This document shows positions 47,064-59,975 of a DNA stretch of 64,000 nt, piece by piece. The notes under the pieces were generated by a model, which searched no databases, had not been told where the DNA came from, and saw only the letters and a program-made list of their open reading frames with translations. The first letter of the stretch is position 1. The number at the start of each line of letters is the position of its first letter. Position numbers and translations under genes: made by a program. The stretch covers positions 5,241 through 69,240 of the forward strand of contig JBBRAI010000009.1 of assembly GCA_038206915.1 (NCBI GenBank), given 5' to 3'. The stretch comes from Burkholderiales bacterium. GTDB lineage: Bacteria; Pseudomonadota; Gammaproteobacteria; Burkholderiales; SG8-39.

Positions 47064-47951
47064 ATGGCAAAGGAGATGTCAGCCGGCGCGAAATTCCGCG
47101 CTGCGCTCAAGGAGGAACGGCCGCTGCAGGTGATCGGCGCGATCAACGCCTACCATGCGCGGCTCGCGCAGCGCAGCGGCTACAAGGCGATCTACCTGTC
47201 CGGCGGCGGCGTGGCGGCGGGCTCGCTCGGACTGCCCGACCTGGGGATCAGCAACCTGGACGACGTGCTCATCGACGTGCGCCGCATCACCGACGTGTGT
47301 TCGCTGCCGCTGCTGGTCGACGTCGACACCGGCTTCGGGTCGAGCGCCTTCAACGTGGCGCGCACGGTGAAATCGCTGATCAAATTCGGCGCCGGGGCGA
47401 TGCACATCGAGGACCAGGTCGGCGCCAAACGCTGCGGTCACCGGCCCAACAAGGAACTGGTGTCGAAGGAAGAAATGGTCGACCGCATCAAGGCCGCAGT
47501 CGACGCCAGGACCGATCCGGATTTCTTCATCATGGCGCGCACCGATGCGCTGGCGGTCGAAGGCCTGGAGAGCGCGATCGAGCGCGCCATTGCCTGCGTC
47601 GAAGCCGGCGCCGACGGCATTTTCCCCGAGGCGATGACCGAACTCGCGATGTACCGCCAGTTCGCCGCGGCGGTGAAAGTTCCGGTGCTCGCCAACATCA
47701 CTGAATTCGGTGCCACGCCGCTGTACACGGTCGAGGAACTGCGCTCGGCCGATGTCTCCATCGCGCTCTACCCGCTGTCGGCGTTCCGTGCCATGAACAA
47801 GGCCGCGCTCGCGGTGTACCAGGCGGTGCGCCGCGACGGCACGCAGAAGAACGTGGTCGACAGCATGCAGACGCGCGACGATCTCTACGATTATCTCGAC
47901 TATCACTCGTACGAAACCAAACTCGACGAATTATTCAGCAAGGGAAAGTAG
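47064..47951 (+). CDS. prpB: 2-methylisocitrate lyase
   Basis: [35 protein letters not shown]..., KRCGHRP catalytic loop, [11 protein letters not shown]. Confidence 0.9.
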   Translation: MAKEMSAGAKFRAALKEERPLQVIGAINAYHARLAQRSGYKAIYLSGGGVAAGSLGLPDLGISNLDDVLIDVRRITDVCSLPLLVDVDTGFGSSAFNVARTVKSLIKFGAGAMHIEDQVGAKRCGHRPNKELVSKEEMVDRIKAAVDARTDPDFFIMARTDALAVEGLESAIERAIACVEAGADGIFPEAMTELAMYRQFAAAVKVPVLANITEFGATPLYTVEELRSADVSIALYPLSAFRAMNKAALAVYQAVRRDGTQKNVVDSMQTRDDLYDYLDYHSYETKLDELFSKGK

Positions 47952-48019
47952 CGCAGCAATCTGTAGCGCAGGCGCCTCGCCTGCAACCGACGTAATTAGA
48001 ATCTGCCAAGGAGACCAGC

Positions 48020-49186
48020 ATGAGTGAAGCCCAAGCAATCACACCCGCGGTCACGCCCAAACCGAAGAAGTCAGTCGCGCTCTCCGGCGTCACCGCCGGC
48101 AACACCGCCCTGTGCACCGTCGGGCGCACCGGCAACGACCTGCACTATCGCGGCTACGACATCCTCGACGTCGCCGACGTCTGCGAATTCGAGGAGATCG
48201 CCTACCTGCTGGTGCACGGCAAGCTCCCCACCCAGGCCGAGCTCGACAGCTACAAACTGAAGCTCAAGGCGCTGCGCGGACTGCCGGCCAATGTCAAAGC
48301 GGCGCTCGAATGGGTGCCGGCCTCGGCCCACCCGATGGACGTGATGCGCACCGGCGTGTCCGCGCTCGGCACGGTGCTGCCGGAGAAGGACGACCACAAC
48401 CATCCGGGGGCGCGCGACATCGCCGACCGGCTGATGGCCTGCCTCGGTTCGATGCTGCTCTACTGGTATCACTACAGCCAGAACGGGCGGCGCATCGAAG
48501 TCGAAACCGACGACGATTCCATCGGCGGGCACTTTCTGCACCTGCTGCACGGCAAGGAGCCCTCGGACCTGTGGGTGAAGGCTATGCATACCTCGCTCAT
48601 TCTCTACGCCGAACATGAGTTCAACGCCTCCACCTTCGCCTGCCGCGTGATCGCCGGCACCGGCTCCGACATGTACAGCGCGATTTGCGGCGGCATCGGC
48701 GCGCTGCGCGGGCCCAAGCACGGCGGCGCCAACGAGGCCGCGTTCGAAGTGCAGAAGCGCTACGAAAATGCGGATCAGGCGGAAAAGGACATAGTGGAGC
48801 GCGTGGCAAACAAGCAGGTGGTCATCGGCTTCGGCCATCCGGTCTACACCATCGCCGACCCGCGTAACCAGGTGATCAAGGAAGTCGCGAGGAAGCTGTC
48901 CAAGGCGCGCAACGACATGAAGATGTTCGACATCGCGGCGCGGCTGGAAACCGTCATGTGGCGCGAAAAGAAGATGTTCCCCAACCTGGACTGGTTCTCC
49001 GCGGTGAGCTACCACATGATGGGCGTGCCCACTTCGATGTTCACGCCGATTTTCGTGATTTCGCGCACCAGCGGCTGGGCCGCGCACGTGGTCGAGCAGC
49101 GCATCGACGGCAAGATCATCCGCCCGACCGCGACCTACATGGGGCCGGAAGACATGAAATTCGTGCCTATCGACAAGCGCAAGTAG
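48020..49186 (+). CDS. prpC: 2-methylcitrate synthase
   Basis: 388 aa short-type citrate synthase: [48 protein letters not shown]. It sits between prpB and prpD. Confidence 0.9.
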   Translation: MSEAQAITPAVTPKPKKSVALSGVTAGNTALCTVGRTGNDLHYRGYDILDVADVCEFEEIAYLLVHGKLPTQAELDSYKLKLKALRGLPANVKAALEWVPASAHPMDVMRTGVSALGTVLPEKDDHNHPGARDIADRLMACLGSMLLYWYHYSQNGRRIEVETDDDSIGGHFLHLLHGKEPSDLWVKAMHTSLILYAEHEFNASTFACRVIAGTGSDMYSAICGGIGALRGPKHGGANEAAFEVQKRYENADQAEKDIVERVANKQVVIGFGHPVYTIADPRNQVIKEVARKLSKARNDMKMFDIAARLETVMWREKKMFPNLDWFSAVSYHMMGVPTSMFTPIFVISRTSGWAAHVVEQRIDGKIIRPTATYMGPEDMKFVPIDKRK

Positions 49187-49193
49187 CGATCTT

Positions 49194-49442
49194 CACGGAC
49201 AGATTTTTCGTCCGTGCATTTTCTTTCAAAGACCTGCGCGCTACGCCGCGAAGCAAGTCCTCCTGGAGGACGCGCGCCAATCGTGTTTTTGCACGGATGA
49301 AAAGCACATTCGTGCAAAAACACGGTTATGGTTGACACCCAACAGGACTTGAGGGTTTTGAACAAGATCGCCGATTGCGCGCGGATATGCTTTTCATCCG
49401 TGCGCAATCGGCGATCCGCGCGGACGGCCTTTTGTCCGCGCA
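49194..49442 (+). repeat. Three-hairpin structured intergenic element, copy B (prpC / prpD spacer), with an extra H1-type hairpin
   Basis: Extra hairpin at 49194-49216, H3 at 49282-49324, H2 at 49370-49412 and H1 at 49418-49441. The reverse complement aligns with 33173-33345. Confidence 0.7.
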
Positions 49443-49487
49443 AGGTCGCAGCACGGCAGCGCCAGGGGCGCAATTCGCACCGCCGCG

Positions 49488-49493
49488 TATAAT
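49488..49493 (+). promoter_or_regulatory. Perfect TATAAT box 39 nt upstream of prpD (no convincing -35)
   Basis: CGCGTATAATTCA, read directly from the sequence. It lies 46 nt after the end of repeat copy B. Copy A is followed by an analogous TATAGT (33125-33120, reverse strand) 24 nt before acuI. Confidence 0.3.
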
Positions 49494-49532
49494 TCAAGCC
49501 ACGAACCGAATTTCAGCTCTCGAAGGAACCAC

Positions 49533-50975
49533 ATGTCGTCCCACATCTCCAACGTGCGCCCGAAGCCGGACCAGGTCCTGGTGGACATCGCCGAGTACGT
49601 TTCCAAGTACAAGATCAAGAGCAGCGAAGCCTACGACACCGCGCGGCTGTGCCTGATGGACACGCTCGGCTGCGGCCTGGAGGCGCTGGAGTACCCGGCC
49701 TGCACCAAACTCATGGGACCAATTGTCCCCGGCACTGTCGTGCCCAACGGCGCCAAGGTTCCGGGCACGCAGTTCCAGCTCGACCCGGTGCAGGCGGCGT
49801 TCAATATCGGCGCCATGATCCGCTGGCTCGACTTCAACGACACCTGGCTCGCCGCCGAATGGGGTCACCCGTCCGACAACCTCGGCGGCATCCTCGCCTG
49901 CGCCGACTGGCTGTCGCGCCAGGCGGTCGCCGCGGGCAAAGCGCCGCTGACCATGCATGCCGTACTTACCGGCATGATCAAGGCGCACGAAATCCAGGGC
50001 TGCATTGCGCTGGAGAACTCATTCAACAAAGTCGGCCTGGACCACGTGGTGCTGGTCAAGGTCGCCACCACCGCGGTCGCCGCTAATATGCTCGGCCTCG
50101 CGCGCGGCGAGATCATCAACGCGCTTTCGCTGGCCTGGGTCGACGGCCAGTCGCTGCGTACTTATCGCCACGCCCCCAACACCGGATCGCGCAAATCCTG
50201 GGCGGCCGGCGACGCGACCAGCCGCGGCGTGCGCCTCGCGCTGATGGCGGCCAAGGGCGAGATGGGCTACCCCTCGGTGCTCAGCGCGCCGACCTGGGGC
50301 TTTTACGACGTGCTGTTCAAGGGCAAGGAATTCAAGTTCCAGCGTCCCTACGGCTCCTACGTGATGGAGCACGTGCTGTTCAAGATCTCGTTCCCGGCGG
50401 AGTTCCATGCGCAGACCGCTGCGGAGTGCGCGATGACGCTGCATCCGCAGGTGGAGGACCGCATCGCCGACATCAAGAAAATCACCATCCGCACCCATCA
50501 GTCGGCGATCCGCATCATCGACAAAAAAGGCCCCTTGAGCAATCCGGCCGACCGCGACCACTGCATCCAGTACATGGTGGCGGTGCCGCTGATCTTCGGC
50601 AGGCTTACCGCGGGTGACTACGAGGATGCGGTCGCCGCCGACCCGCGTATCGACGCGCTGCGCGAAAAAATGGTGTGCGTCGAGGACAAGGGATTCAGCC
50701 GCGACTACCACGACCCGGACAAGCGCTCCATCGCCAACGCCATCACGGTCGAATTCAAGGACGGCAGGAAGACCGCCGAAGTCGTCGTAGAATATCCGAT
50801 CGGCCACCGTCGCCGGCGCAAGGACGGCATTCCGCTGCTGGTGGAAAAATTCAAGACCAATTTGGCGCGGCGCTTCCCTGAAAAGCAGCGCAGCGCGATC
50901 CTGGCGCTGTGCCAGGACGCAAAGCGGCTGGCGGCGACGCCGGTAAATGAGTTCGTCGACCTGTTCGTCATCTGA
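49533..50975 (+). CDS. prpD: 2-methylcitrate dehydratase
   Basis: 480 aa MmgE/PrpD family: [11 protein letters not shown]..., [14 protein letters not shown], with full-length similarity to PrpD. Confidence 0.9.
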   Translation: MSSHISNVRPKPDQVLVDIAEYVSKYKIKSSEAYDTARLCLMDTLGCGLEALEYPACTKLMGPIVPGTVVPNGAKVPGTQFQLDPVQAAFNIGAMIRWLDFNDTWLAAEWGHPSDNLGGILACADWLSRQAVAAGKAPLTMHAVLTGMIKAHEIQGCIALENSFNKVGLDHVVLVKVATTAVAANMLGLARGEIINALSLAWVDGQSLRTYRHAPNTGSRKSWAAGDATSRGVRLALMAAKGEMGYPSVLSAPTWGFYDVLFKGKEFKFQRPYGSYVMEHVLFKISFPAEFHAQTAAECAMTLHPQVEDRIADIKKITIRTHQSAIRIIDKKGPLSNPADRDHCIQYMVAVPLIFGRLTAGDYEDAVAADPRIDALREKMVCVEDKGFSRDYHDPDKRSIANAITVEFKDGRKTAEVVVEYPIGHRRRRKDGIPLLVEKFKTNLARRFPEKQRSAILALCQDAKRLAATPVNEFVDLFVI

Positions 50976-50988
50976 GGGAACCATCCGC

Positions 50989-51181
50989 ATGAATGAGAGG
51001 CTGGATGAAGCAATCGCGAGGCTGTCAGACGAAATCCGACGCTATCCCACGCCGATCGCGCGCTGCGACGAGCAGCTGACCGAATTGCTGGAACACCGCG
51101 CGCGCCTGCTCGCGGAGAAACAGCGCATCGCCGCACCGGGATGCAGTTCCGATGCTATCTGGATCAACGACGGAGGCTTCA

Positions 51182-51192
<11 letters not shown>
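50989..51192 (+). CDS. Small hypothetical protein (67 aa) between prpD and acnA
   Basis: [73 protein letters not shown] lies 10 nt upstream. The 3' end overlaps the acnA start by 11 nt. Codon usage looks native. No family recognised. Confidence 0.45.
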
Positions 51193-53887
<2,695 letters not shown>

Positions 53888-54008
53888 TACGTTGATGTTG
53901 GCCCCGCACGCCAAGGCGTGCCGGCGAATATGACGGAGAACCAAGCGCAGAGCCATTCTCCGGCCTGCTGAGGCGCGCCGTCGTGCGTCGTCCTTGCGCG
54001 TTCCGCGC

Positions 54009-55637
54009 TCAGTCCAGCCCCTGCTGCTGCAGGTATTCCTCGTAATTGCCGCGGAAGTCGGTAATGGCCGTGCCGACCTTTTTCCCCTCGGCCGGCTTCA
54101 TTTCGATTATGCGGGTCGCAAGCGAGGACACGAACTCGCGGTCGTGCGAGACGAAAATCAGCGTGCCCTTGTAGCGCTCCAGCGCGCCGTTGAGCGATTC
54201 GATGGATTCCATGTCGAGGTGGTTGGTCGGTTCGTCCATCAGCAGTACATTGGGCATTTGCAGGATCAGCTTGCCGAAGGCCATGCGCTGCCCCTCGCCG
54301 CCGGAGATTACACTGACCGATTTCTTCGCGTCGTCGCCGGTGAACAGCAGCCGCCCCAGCGTCGCGCGCACCAGCTGGTCGTCGTCGCCCTCGCGCCGCC
54401 ACTGGCCGACCCAGTCGAACAGCGTGGACTCGGCGGCGAAATCCGCGGCATGGTCCTGGGCGCAGTAGCCCGGGCGCGCCTTTTCCGCCCATTTGACCGT
54501 GCCGTAGTCCGGCTTCAAGCCGCCCTGCGCTACGGCCAGCAGGCAGCGCAGCAGCGTGGTCTTGCCAATGCCGTTGGGGCCGATGATGGCGACCTTGTCG
54601 CCAGCTTCGATGGCGAGGTCCAGTCCGTTGATCAGCGGCTTGTCGTAGCTCTTGGCCAGCCCCTTCAGCTCCACCGCGAGCCGGTGCAGCTTCTCCTTCT
54701 CGTCCACTTCGAAACGGATGTAAGGATACTGGCGGCTCGAAGGTTTGACGTCCTCGAGCTTGATTTTCTCGATCTGACGCGCGCGCGATGTCGCCTGGCG
54801 CGCCTTGGACTTGTTGGCCGAAAATCGGCGCACGAAGTCTTGCAGTTCCGCCACTTTTTCCTTCGCCTTGGTGTTTGCCGTGAGCAGCTGCTCGCGCACC
54901 TGCGTCGAGGCGAGCATGTAGTCGTCGTAATTCCCGGGATACACGCGCAGCGTGGCGTAATCCATGTCGGCCATGTGCGTGCACACGCTGTTGAGGAAGT
55001 GCCGGTCATGCGAAATGATGACCATGGTGCAGTTCTTCGCGTTAAGCACGCCTTCGAGCCAGCGAATCGAATTGATGTCGAGGTTGTTGGTCGGCTCGTC
55101 GAGCAGCATGATGTCCGGGTCGGCGAACAGCACCTGCGCCAGCAGCACGCGCAGTTTCCAGCCCGGCGCGATCGCGCTCATCGGCCCGTCGTGCTGCTCG
55201 ATCGGGATACCCACGCCGTGCAGCAGCTCGCCGGCGCGCGCTTCCGCCGTGTAACCGCCGAATTCGGCGTAGCGCGCCTCCAGGTTGGCCGCGTGCATGT
55301 AGTCCTCTTCGCTCGCGTCCGGATTGGCGTAGATCGCGTCGCGCTCGCTCATCGCCTGCCACATCTCTTCGTGGCCCATCAACACCACGTCGAGCACGCG
55401 CGCATCCTCATACGCGAACTGATCCTGGCGCAGCTTGCCCACGCGCTCGTTGCGGTCCACCGCGACGCTGCCCGCGCTCGGATCGAGGTCGGCACCGAGG
55501 ATTTTCATGAACGTGGACTTGCCGCAGCCGTTGGCGCCGATGAGGCCGTAGCGGTTGCCTTCGCCGAACTTGACCGAGATGTTCTCGAACAGGGGCTTGG
55601 CGCCGAACTGGATGGTGATGCCGGAAGTGACGATCAA
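54009..55637 (-). CDS. ybiT: ABC-F family ATPase (YbiT type)
   Basis: 542 aa, colinear with E. coli YbiT: [38 protein letters not shown], two ABC cassettes, LSGGE signatures. Confidence 0.9.
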   Translation of the reverse strand: MIVTSGITIQFGAKPLFENISVKFGEGNRYGLIGANGCGKSTFMKILGADLDPSAGSVAVDRNERVGKLRQDQFAYEDARVLDVVLMGHEEMWQAMSERDAIYANPDASEEDYMHAANLEARYAEFGGYTAEARAGELLHGVGIPIEQHDGPMSAIAPGWKLRVLLAQVLFADPDIMLLDEPTNNLDINSIRWLEGVLNAKNCTMVIISHDRHFLNSVCTHMADMDYATLRVYPGNYDDYMLASTQVREQLLTANTKAKEKVAELQDFVRRFSANKSKARQATSRARQIEKIKLEDVKPSSRQYPYIRFEVDEKEKLHRLAVELKGLAKSYDKPLINGLDLAIEAGDKVAIIGPNGIGKTTLLRCLLAVAQGGLKPDYGTVKWAEKARPGYCAQDHAADFAAESTLFDWVGQWRREGDDDQLVRATLGRLLFTGDDAKKSVSVISGGEGQRMAFGKLILQMPNVLLMDEPTNHLDMESIESLNGALERYKGTLIFVSHDREFVSSLATRIIEMKPAEGKKVGTAITDFRGNYEEYLQQQGLD

Positions 55638-55789
55638 GGCGGGTTCCGCGGAATGGGTGGGCCGAAAGAGGCGGCATTTTACCGGAAAGCAGGCCGCGAT
55701 CCGTGTTTAATGTAACGGCATGTAACGGCAGGCCCGGGCCTAGGAACGCTCTCGCGCACGCATCGGAACCGCCGGCCGGCGCATGCGAT

Positions 55790-56173
55790 TCAGGTTTCGG
55801 TAAAGCGGCGGATCAGGCGTCGATCCTTCTTCGTCGGCCGACCCTTTACGCTCGCGCCCGGATGCCGCTGCATCTTGCGCTGCGCGATCGCCGCCTCGCG
55901 CCGCGCGCGGCTGTCCTCGCGCTCAGCGTAGAGCAGCGCCGCCTGCGCCGCCGGGCCGCGGCTGCGCGACAGCGCCCTGACCTCGACCACCCACTCGAGA
56001 TCGCCGATGCGGATCGCGAGCTCGTCCCCCGGCTTGAGCGCGCGCGACGGTTTCGCCGTCGCGCCATTCAGCCGCAGCTTGCCGCCTTCCACGGCCTTGG
56101 CCGCCAGACTGCGCGTCTTGAAAAAACGCGCAGCCCAGAGCCATTTGTCGATGCGCAGGGGATCGTCGTTCAT
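55790..56173 (-). CDS. hslR: Ribosome-associated heat shock protein Hsp15 (S4 RNA-binding domain)
   Basis: MNDDPLRIDKWLWAARFFKTRSLAAKAVEGGKLRLNG..., basic C-terminal tail. Start set at ATG 56173. Confidence 0.85.
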   Translation of the reverse strand: MNDDPLRIDKWLWAARFFKTRSLAAKAVEGGKLRLNGATAKPSRALKPGDELAIRIGDLEWVVEVRALSRSRGPAAQAALLYAEREDSRARREAAIAQRKMQRHPGASVKGRPTKKDRRLIRRFTET

Positions 56174-56312
56174 CTCGCGCGGAATCATACCGCCATCCGT
56201 GCGCAATCGGCTGCCACGGAATTTTCGAGTGCGCTATCATGCTCCACCCCTGCCGGCGCCGGCTGTGGTGTTGCGCCAGGGCAACCAGAAGAACCGCGAG
56301 GATGGGATAGGT

Positions 56313-58523
56313 TTGAGCGCCAGTTCACTGCGCAGTGAATTCGCCGGAGGATTCTCCTCGGCGGTCGTGACGCTCCCGTTGAGCATCGGCTTCGGACTGT
56401 TCGCCCTCACTCCCCTGGGCGAACGCTTTGCCGCGTATGGCGTGCTCGCAGGACTGTACAGCGCCATCATCGTAGCGCTGGTCGCGGTCCTGTTGCGCAC
56501 CAAGTCATCCGTCGTATTCGCCCCGCGCAGCATGCAGGCCTATCTGATCAGCATGATTGTGCTGCAACTGGTGCACTCCGCATTTTACGATCACTTGCAC
56601 GATCCGCAGCTGGTGCTGACCGTGGTCTTCTTCGTGATCTTCCTGTCGGGACTGATTCAGACCGGATTTGGCGCGCTCGGCCTGGGCGGGCTGGTCAAGT
56701 ACATCCCCTACCCGGTGATTGCCGGTTTCCAGAACGGCGCCGCCCTGCTGCTGCTGCTGTCGCAAATCGCCCCCATGCTGGGCCTTCGCCATCACCTCGA
56801 GCCGGGCGATCTGGTGCGGCAACTGCATGACGCCCTGCCGCTCACGCTGGCAATTGGCATCGTTACCTGCATATTGATGTTTTACGGCGGCCGCATCAGC
56901 AAGCGCATTCCGGCGGTAATCGTCGGAATGTTCGCAGGCATAGGCCTGTACTACCTCGCATGGACCCTCGGCTACAGTGCGCTGCTTGGCCCGTTTGTGG
57001 GCGAGCTGAATTTCGTCATGCCGGACCTGCACTTTCTGTCGGGCTTCTACGCCCTGATGAGCGAGCGCCAGTGGTGGAGCCTGCTGCCTTCCATACTTGC
57101 ATGGGCGGCGAGCCTGGCGCTGATCTCCTCGCTTGACGTGCTTTTGTGCGCCAAGGTGATGGAGGGCGTGACCCAGCAGCGCCAGGACCACAATCTCGGC
57201 CTGGTGCGCATGGGCACGGGCAATCTCGTCGCTGCCGCCTTCGGCGGGATTGCCAGCGGCATCAGCCTCACCTCCAGCCAGGCCAATTTCAATTCCGGCG
57301 GCCGCGGCGGCACGTCGGTGCTGATCAACGCGCTGCTGATCCTGGTCGCGGTTGTGTTCTTCGCGCAATTGATCGCCCTGATCCCCAAAGTAGTGGTGGC
57401 GGCGATGCTGTTCGTCACTGCATGGCGGCTGTTCGACCGCTGGACGCTGCAGCTGCTGAAACGCATCATCGCGGCGGGCCCGCGCAACCGTGCCAGTTTG
57501 ATGCTCGACCTGCTGGTCATCATTCTGGTCACCCTGGTTGCGGTGTTCGCGAGCCTGGTCACCGCCGTGGCGATCGGCATGCTGGTATCGGCGTTCTCCT
57601 TCCTGTTCCGCATGAGCCAGTCGGTGATCCGCCGCAGCGCGCGCGGCGACGTGCTGCGCTCGCGCAAGACGCGCGAGCCGCGCCTGATGCAGCTGCTCGC
57701 CGAGCACGGACACCGCATCGTCGTATTCGAGCTCGAAGGCGCCATGTTCTTCGGCACCGCCGAGAAACTGATCCACCAGATCGAGAAAGTCGTCGCAGAC
57801 GGCGCCAGCTCGGTGATCGTCGATTTCAAGCGCGTTACCGACGTCGACACTACTGGTACCCGCTTTCTGATCCAGGCCAACGACGCGCTGGTCAAGCAGG
57901 GCAAGGTCCTGCTGCTCGCCTCCGTGGAGGATGCAAGCCGCCTCGGCCAGTTCCTGCGCGACACCGGCGTTCTCGCAGCGCTCACCAAGGGCCGCGTGTT
58001 CGTCGACAACGACCAGGCACTGGAGTGGGCCGAAGACCACCTGATCCTGTCGCAGCTGGGCGACGTCGAGGTCGGCGCGGAATTTCCGTTCGCACAGCTG
58101 GACCTGTTCGCCGGTCTGGGTACGGCAGAAATCGCACTGGTCAAGGACAAACTCAGCCGCCGCGTCTACGCCAAGGGCGAGACCGTGTTTCGCGAGGGTG
58201 ATCCCGGGCAGCAGCTGTTCGTTATCGCCAAAGGCGAGGCGAGCGTGCGCATCCGCCCCGCCGGCGCGACGCGCGACATCCGCCTGGTCACGTTCGCCCC
58301 CGGAACGGTGTTCGGCGAGGTCGCGCTGCTCGATACCGAAGTGCGCTCGGCCAGTGTCGAAGCCGACGCGGAACTGGTGTGCTACGTGCTCGAGCAGGAG
58401 GTGTTCCAGCAACTTGCGCAAAGCCACCCCGCTGTCGCCGTGACGCTGTTGCGCAACCTCGGACGCGAGCTCAGTAACCGCCTGCGCCGCGCCAACCGCG
58501 TCATCTACCAGATGGACAGCTGA
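56313..58523 (+). CDS. SulP-family anion transporter fused to STAS and cyclic-nucleotide-binding domains
   Basis: SulP core (FAGGFSSAVVTLPLSIGFG..., many TMs), STAS (RIVVFELEGAMFFGTAEKL...VIVDFKRVTDVDTTG) and a cNMP-binding fold (GETVFREGDPGQQLFVIAKGE...FGEVALLD...RSASV). The start is uncertain; TTG 56313 was chosen because the long ORF start at 56007 would overlap hslR. Confidence 0.85.
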   Translation: MSASSLRSEFAGGFSSAVVTLPLSIGFGLFALTPLGERFAAYGVLAGLYSAIIVALVAVLLRTKSSVVFAPRSMQAYLISMIVLQLVHSAFYDHLHDPQLVLTVVFFVIFLSGLIQTGFGALGLGGLVKYIPYPVIAGFQNGAALLLLLSQIAPMLGLRHHLEPGDLVRQLHDALPLTLAIGIVTCILMFYGGRISKRIPAVIVGMFAGIGLYYLAWTLGYSALLGPFVGELNFVMPDLHFLSGFYALMSERQWWSLLPSILAWAASLALISSLDVLLCAKVMEGVTQQRQDHNLGLVRMGTGNLVAAAFGGIASGISLTSSQANFNSGGRGGTSVLINALLILVAVVFFAQLIALIPKVVVAAMLFVTAWRLFDRWTLQLLKRIIAAGPRNRASLMLDLLVIILVTLVAVFASLVTAVAIGMLVSAFSFLFRMSQSVIRRSARGDVLRSRKTREPRLMQLLAEHGHRIVVFELEGAMFFGTAEKLIHQIEKVVADGASSVIVDFKRVTDVDTTGTRFLIQANDALVKQGKVLLLASVEDASRLGQFLRDTGVLAALTKGRVFVDNDQALEWAEDHLILSQLGDVEVGAEFPFAQLDLFAGLGTAEIALVKDKLSRRVYAKGETVFREGDPGQQLFVIAKGEASVRIRPAGATRDIRLVTFAPGTVFGEVALLDTEVRSASVEADAELVCYVLEQEVFQQLAQSHPAVAVTLLRNLGRELSNRLRRANRVIYQMDS

Positions 58524-58545
58524 GCTGCGCCAAAGCTGCGCAGCT
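58523..58545. terminator. Hairpin between convergent SulP and MFS genes (AGCTGCGC-CAAAGCT-GCGCAGCT)
   Basis: An 8-bp perfect stem spans both stop codons. There is no T-run, so function is uncertain. Confidence 0.3.
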
Positions 58546-59822
58546 TACGAAGCCACATTCTCCTGCATCGCGCCCGGCCGCGGCTCGCTGCTCGCGGCGT
58601 GCCGCGGCCGCAAGCTCACCACGGTCGCGACTGCAAGCAGCATGAAGCCCGCCGCGGAGCCGAGCACCCACTGGGGCAGATGCCGGTCCAGCATCCATCC
58701 GAATAGCAGCGGCGACACCGAGCCGCCGAGGTCAAGGCCGGAGTAGACAAAGCCGTAGACCTTGCCGGTGGCGCCGGGCGGCGTTGCCGCGCGCACCAGA
58801 ATGTCGCGCGAAGGCTGGGTGGAAAAAATGCAGAACCCCATAAGAGTCATGGTGCCGACGATCAGATACAGGGGCAGCACGCCGCTCGCCATCGCCAGTG
58901 TGAATGCGGCTCCGCCGAGCATGCCTGCCGCCGCCACCATGTTGTGGCGCTGGCTATGCGCTGCGACGACACCGCCCGCGACAATGCCGATAATGCCACC
59001 GAACAGGAAACCGCTGAGCGCGGTGCTCGCCGTAAGCAGCGGCGCCTGGTACAGGGCGGTAATCACCGCGACGGAGAAAGTCTGCAGGCCGATCAGCGCC
59101 ATGGAATAGAGCGTGAAGAAGGCGAAGCACTTCACCACCGGGACCGACAGCAGCACGCGCGCTTCGTCCTTCAGCCGCACGCCGCCTGCGCGCGCGTACT
59201 TGCTCCGCCGCGCGTGCGCGTCAGCGGCATCGCCCCGCAGCGCGGAGCGGCTGGCGATGAATGCCGTAAGCAGCAGCCCGAGTACGCCCGCCGCAATCAC
59301 CGCGGCGCGCCAGCCATACACAGCCGAAATGCCGATGCTGAACAGCGGCGCAGCGAGCCAGCCGAAATTGCCGCCGATGCCATGGGCGCTGAACGCATAA
59401 CCCAGGCGCTTCGGCTCCAGCTTGGCGTTGAGGATCGCAAAATCGGCCGGATGGAACACGCTGTTGCCCACGCCCGCGAGCACCGCGATCGCGAGCAGCA
59501 TCCAGTACGACGTCGCCAGTCCGATCAGCAGCAACGCCAGCGAAAACGCGCTCATGCCGAACAGCAGCACGCTGCGCGCACCATAGCGGTCGACGATGAA
59601 GCCGGCCATGGTCTGCGAAGCGCCGGAGACGGTATACATCACCGCCACCATCAGCCCCAGCGCGGTGTAGCCGACACCGAATTCATCCTTGAGCAGCGGA
59701 AACAGCGGAGCCAGGATCAGTTGCAGGAAATGCGAGAGCAAATGCGCGACGCCGACCAGGCCGATGACCTCGGCGTCGCGTCTGAGTCCGTTTCTGTCAG
59801 CATCCATTCTGTCAACATCCAT
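58545..59822 (-). CDS. MFS transporter
   Basis: About 12 TM segments and the typical MFS loop motif (GFIVDRYGARSV). The start is ambiguous (ATG 59822 or 59807 inside a 15-bp tandem duplication, or TTG 59882). Confidence 0.8.
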   Translation of the reverse strand: MDVDRMDADRNGLRRDAEVIGLVGVAHLLSHFLQLILAPLFPLLKDEFGVGYTALGLMVAVMYTVSGASQTMAGFIVDRYGARSVLLFGMSAFSLALLLIGLATSYWMLLAIAVLAGVGNSVFHPADFAILNAKLEPKRLGYAFSAHGIGGNFGWLAAPLFSIGISAVYGWRAAVIAAGVLGLLLTAFIASRSALRGDAADAHARRSKYARAGGVRLKDEARVLLSVPVVKCFAFFTLYSMALIGLQTFSVAVITALYQAPLLTASTALSGFLFGGIIGIVAGGVVAAHSQRHNMVAAAGMLGGAAFTLAMASGVLPLYLIVGTMTLMGFCIFSTQPSRDILVRAATPPGATGKVYGFVYSGLDLGGSVSPLLFGWMLDRHLPQWVLGSAAGFMLLAVATVVSLRPRHAASSEPRPGAMQENVAS

Positions 59823-59909
59823 TGTGTTCAATCCGCACTGAATCGAGCGTGTGATTCTCCGCCAAGGCAGCGTTCGGCGCAAATGATGGCCCTGACGTGC
59901 ACAAGGTAA

Positions 59910-59938
59910 TTGTCGATAGCCGTCTGCTCGCGCATAAT
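59910..59938 (+). promoter_or_regulatory. Candidate sigma70 promoter for fadH (TTGTCG-N17-CATAAT)
   Basis: Motif match 38 nt upstream of the fadH ATG, in the divergent MFS/fadH spacer. Confidence 0.4.
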
Positions 59939-59975
59939 GCCGCCGCTACATCCGAGTTAGAGATACTCTCCGCAC

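Noticed and set aside
53903-53924. Hairpin after acnA (CCGCACGCC-AA-GGCGTGCCGG) as a terminator
   Set aside because: The stem is imperfect, with a bulge and a very small loop, and has no T-run. It is too weak to call.
56505-58427. 640-aa reverse ORF
   Set aside because: It lies antisense to the SulP-STAS-cNMP transporter gene and is a shadow ORF.
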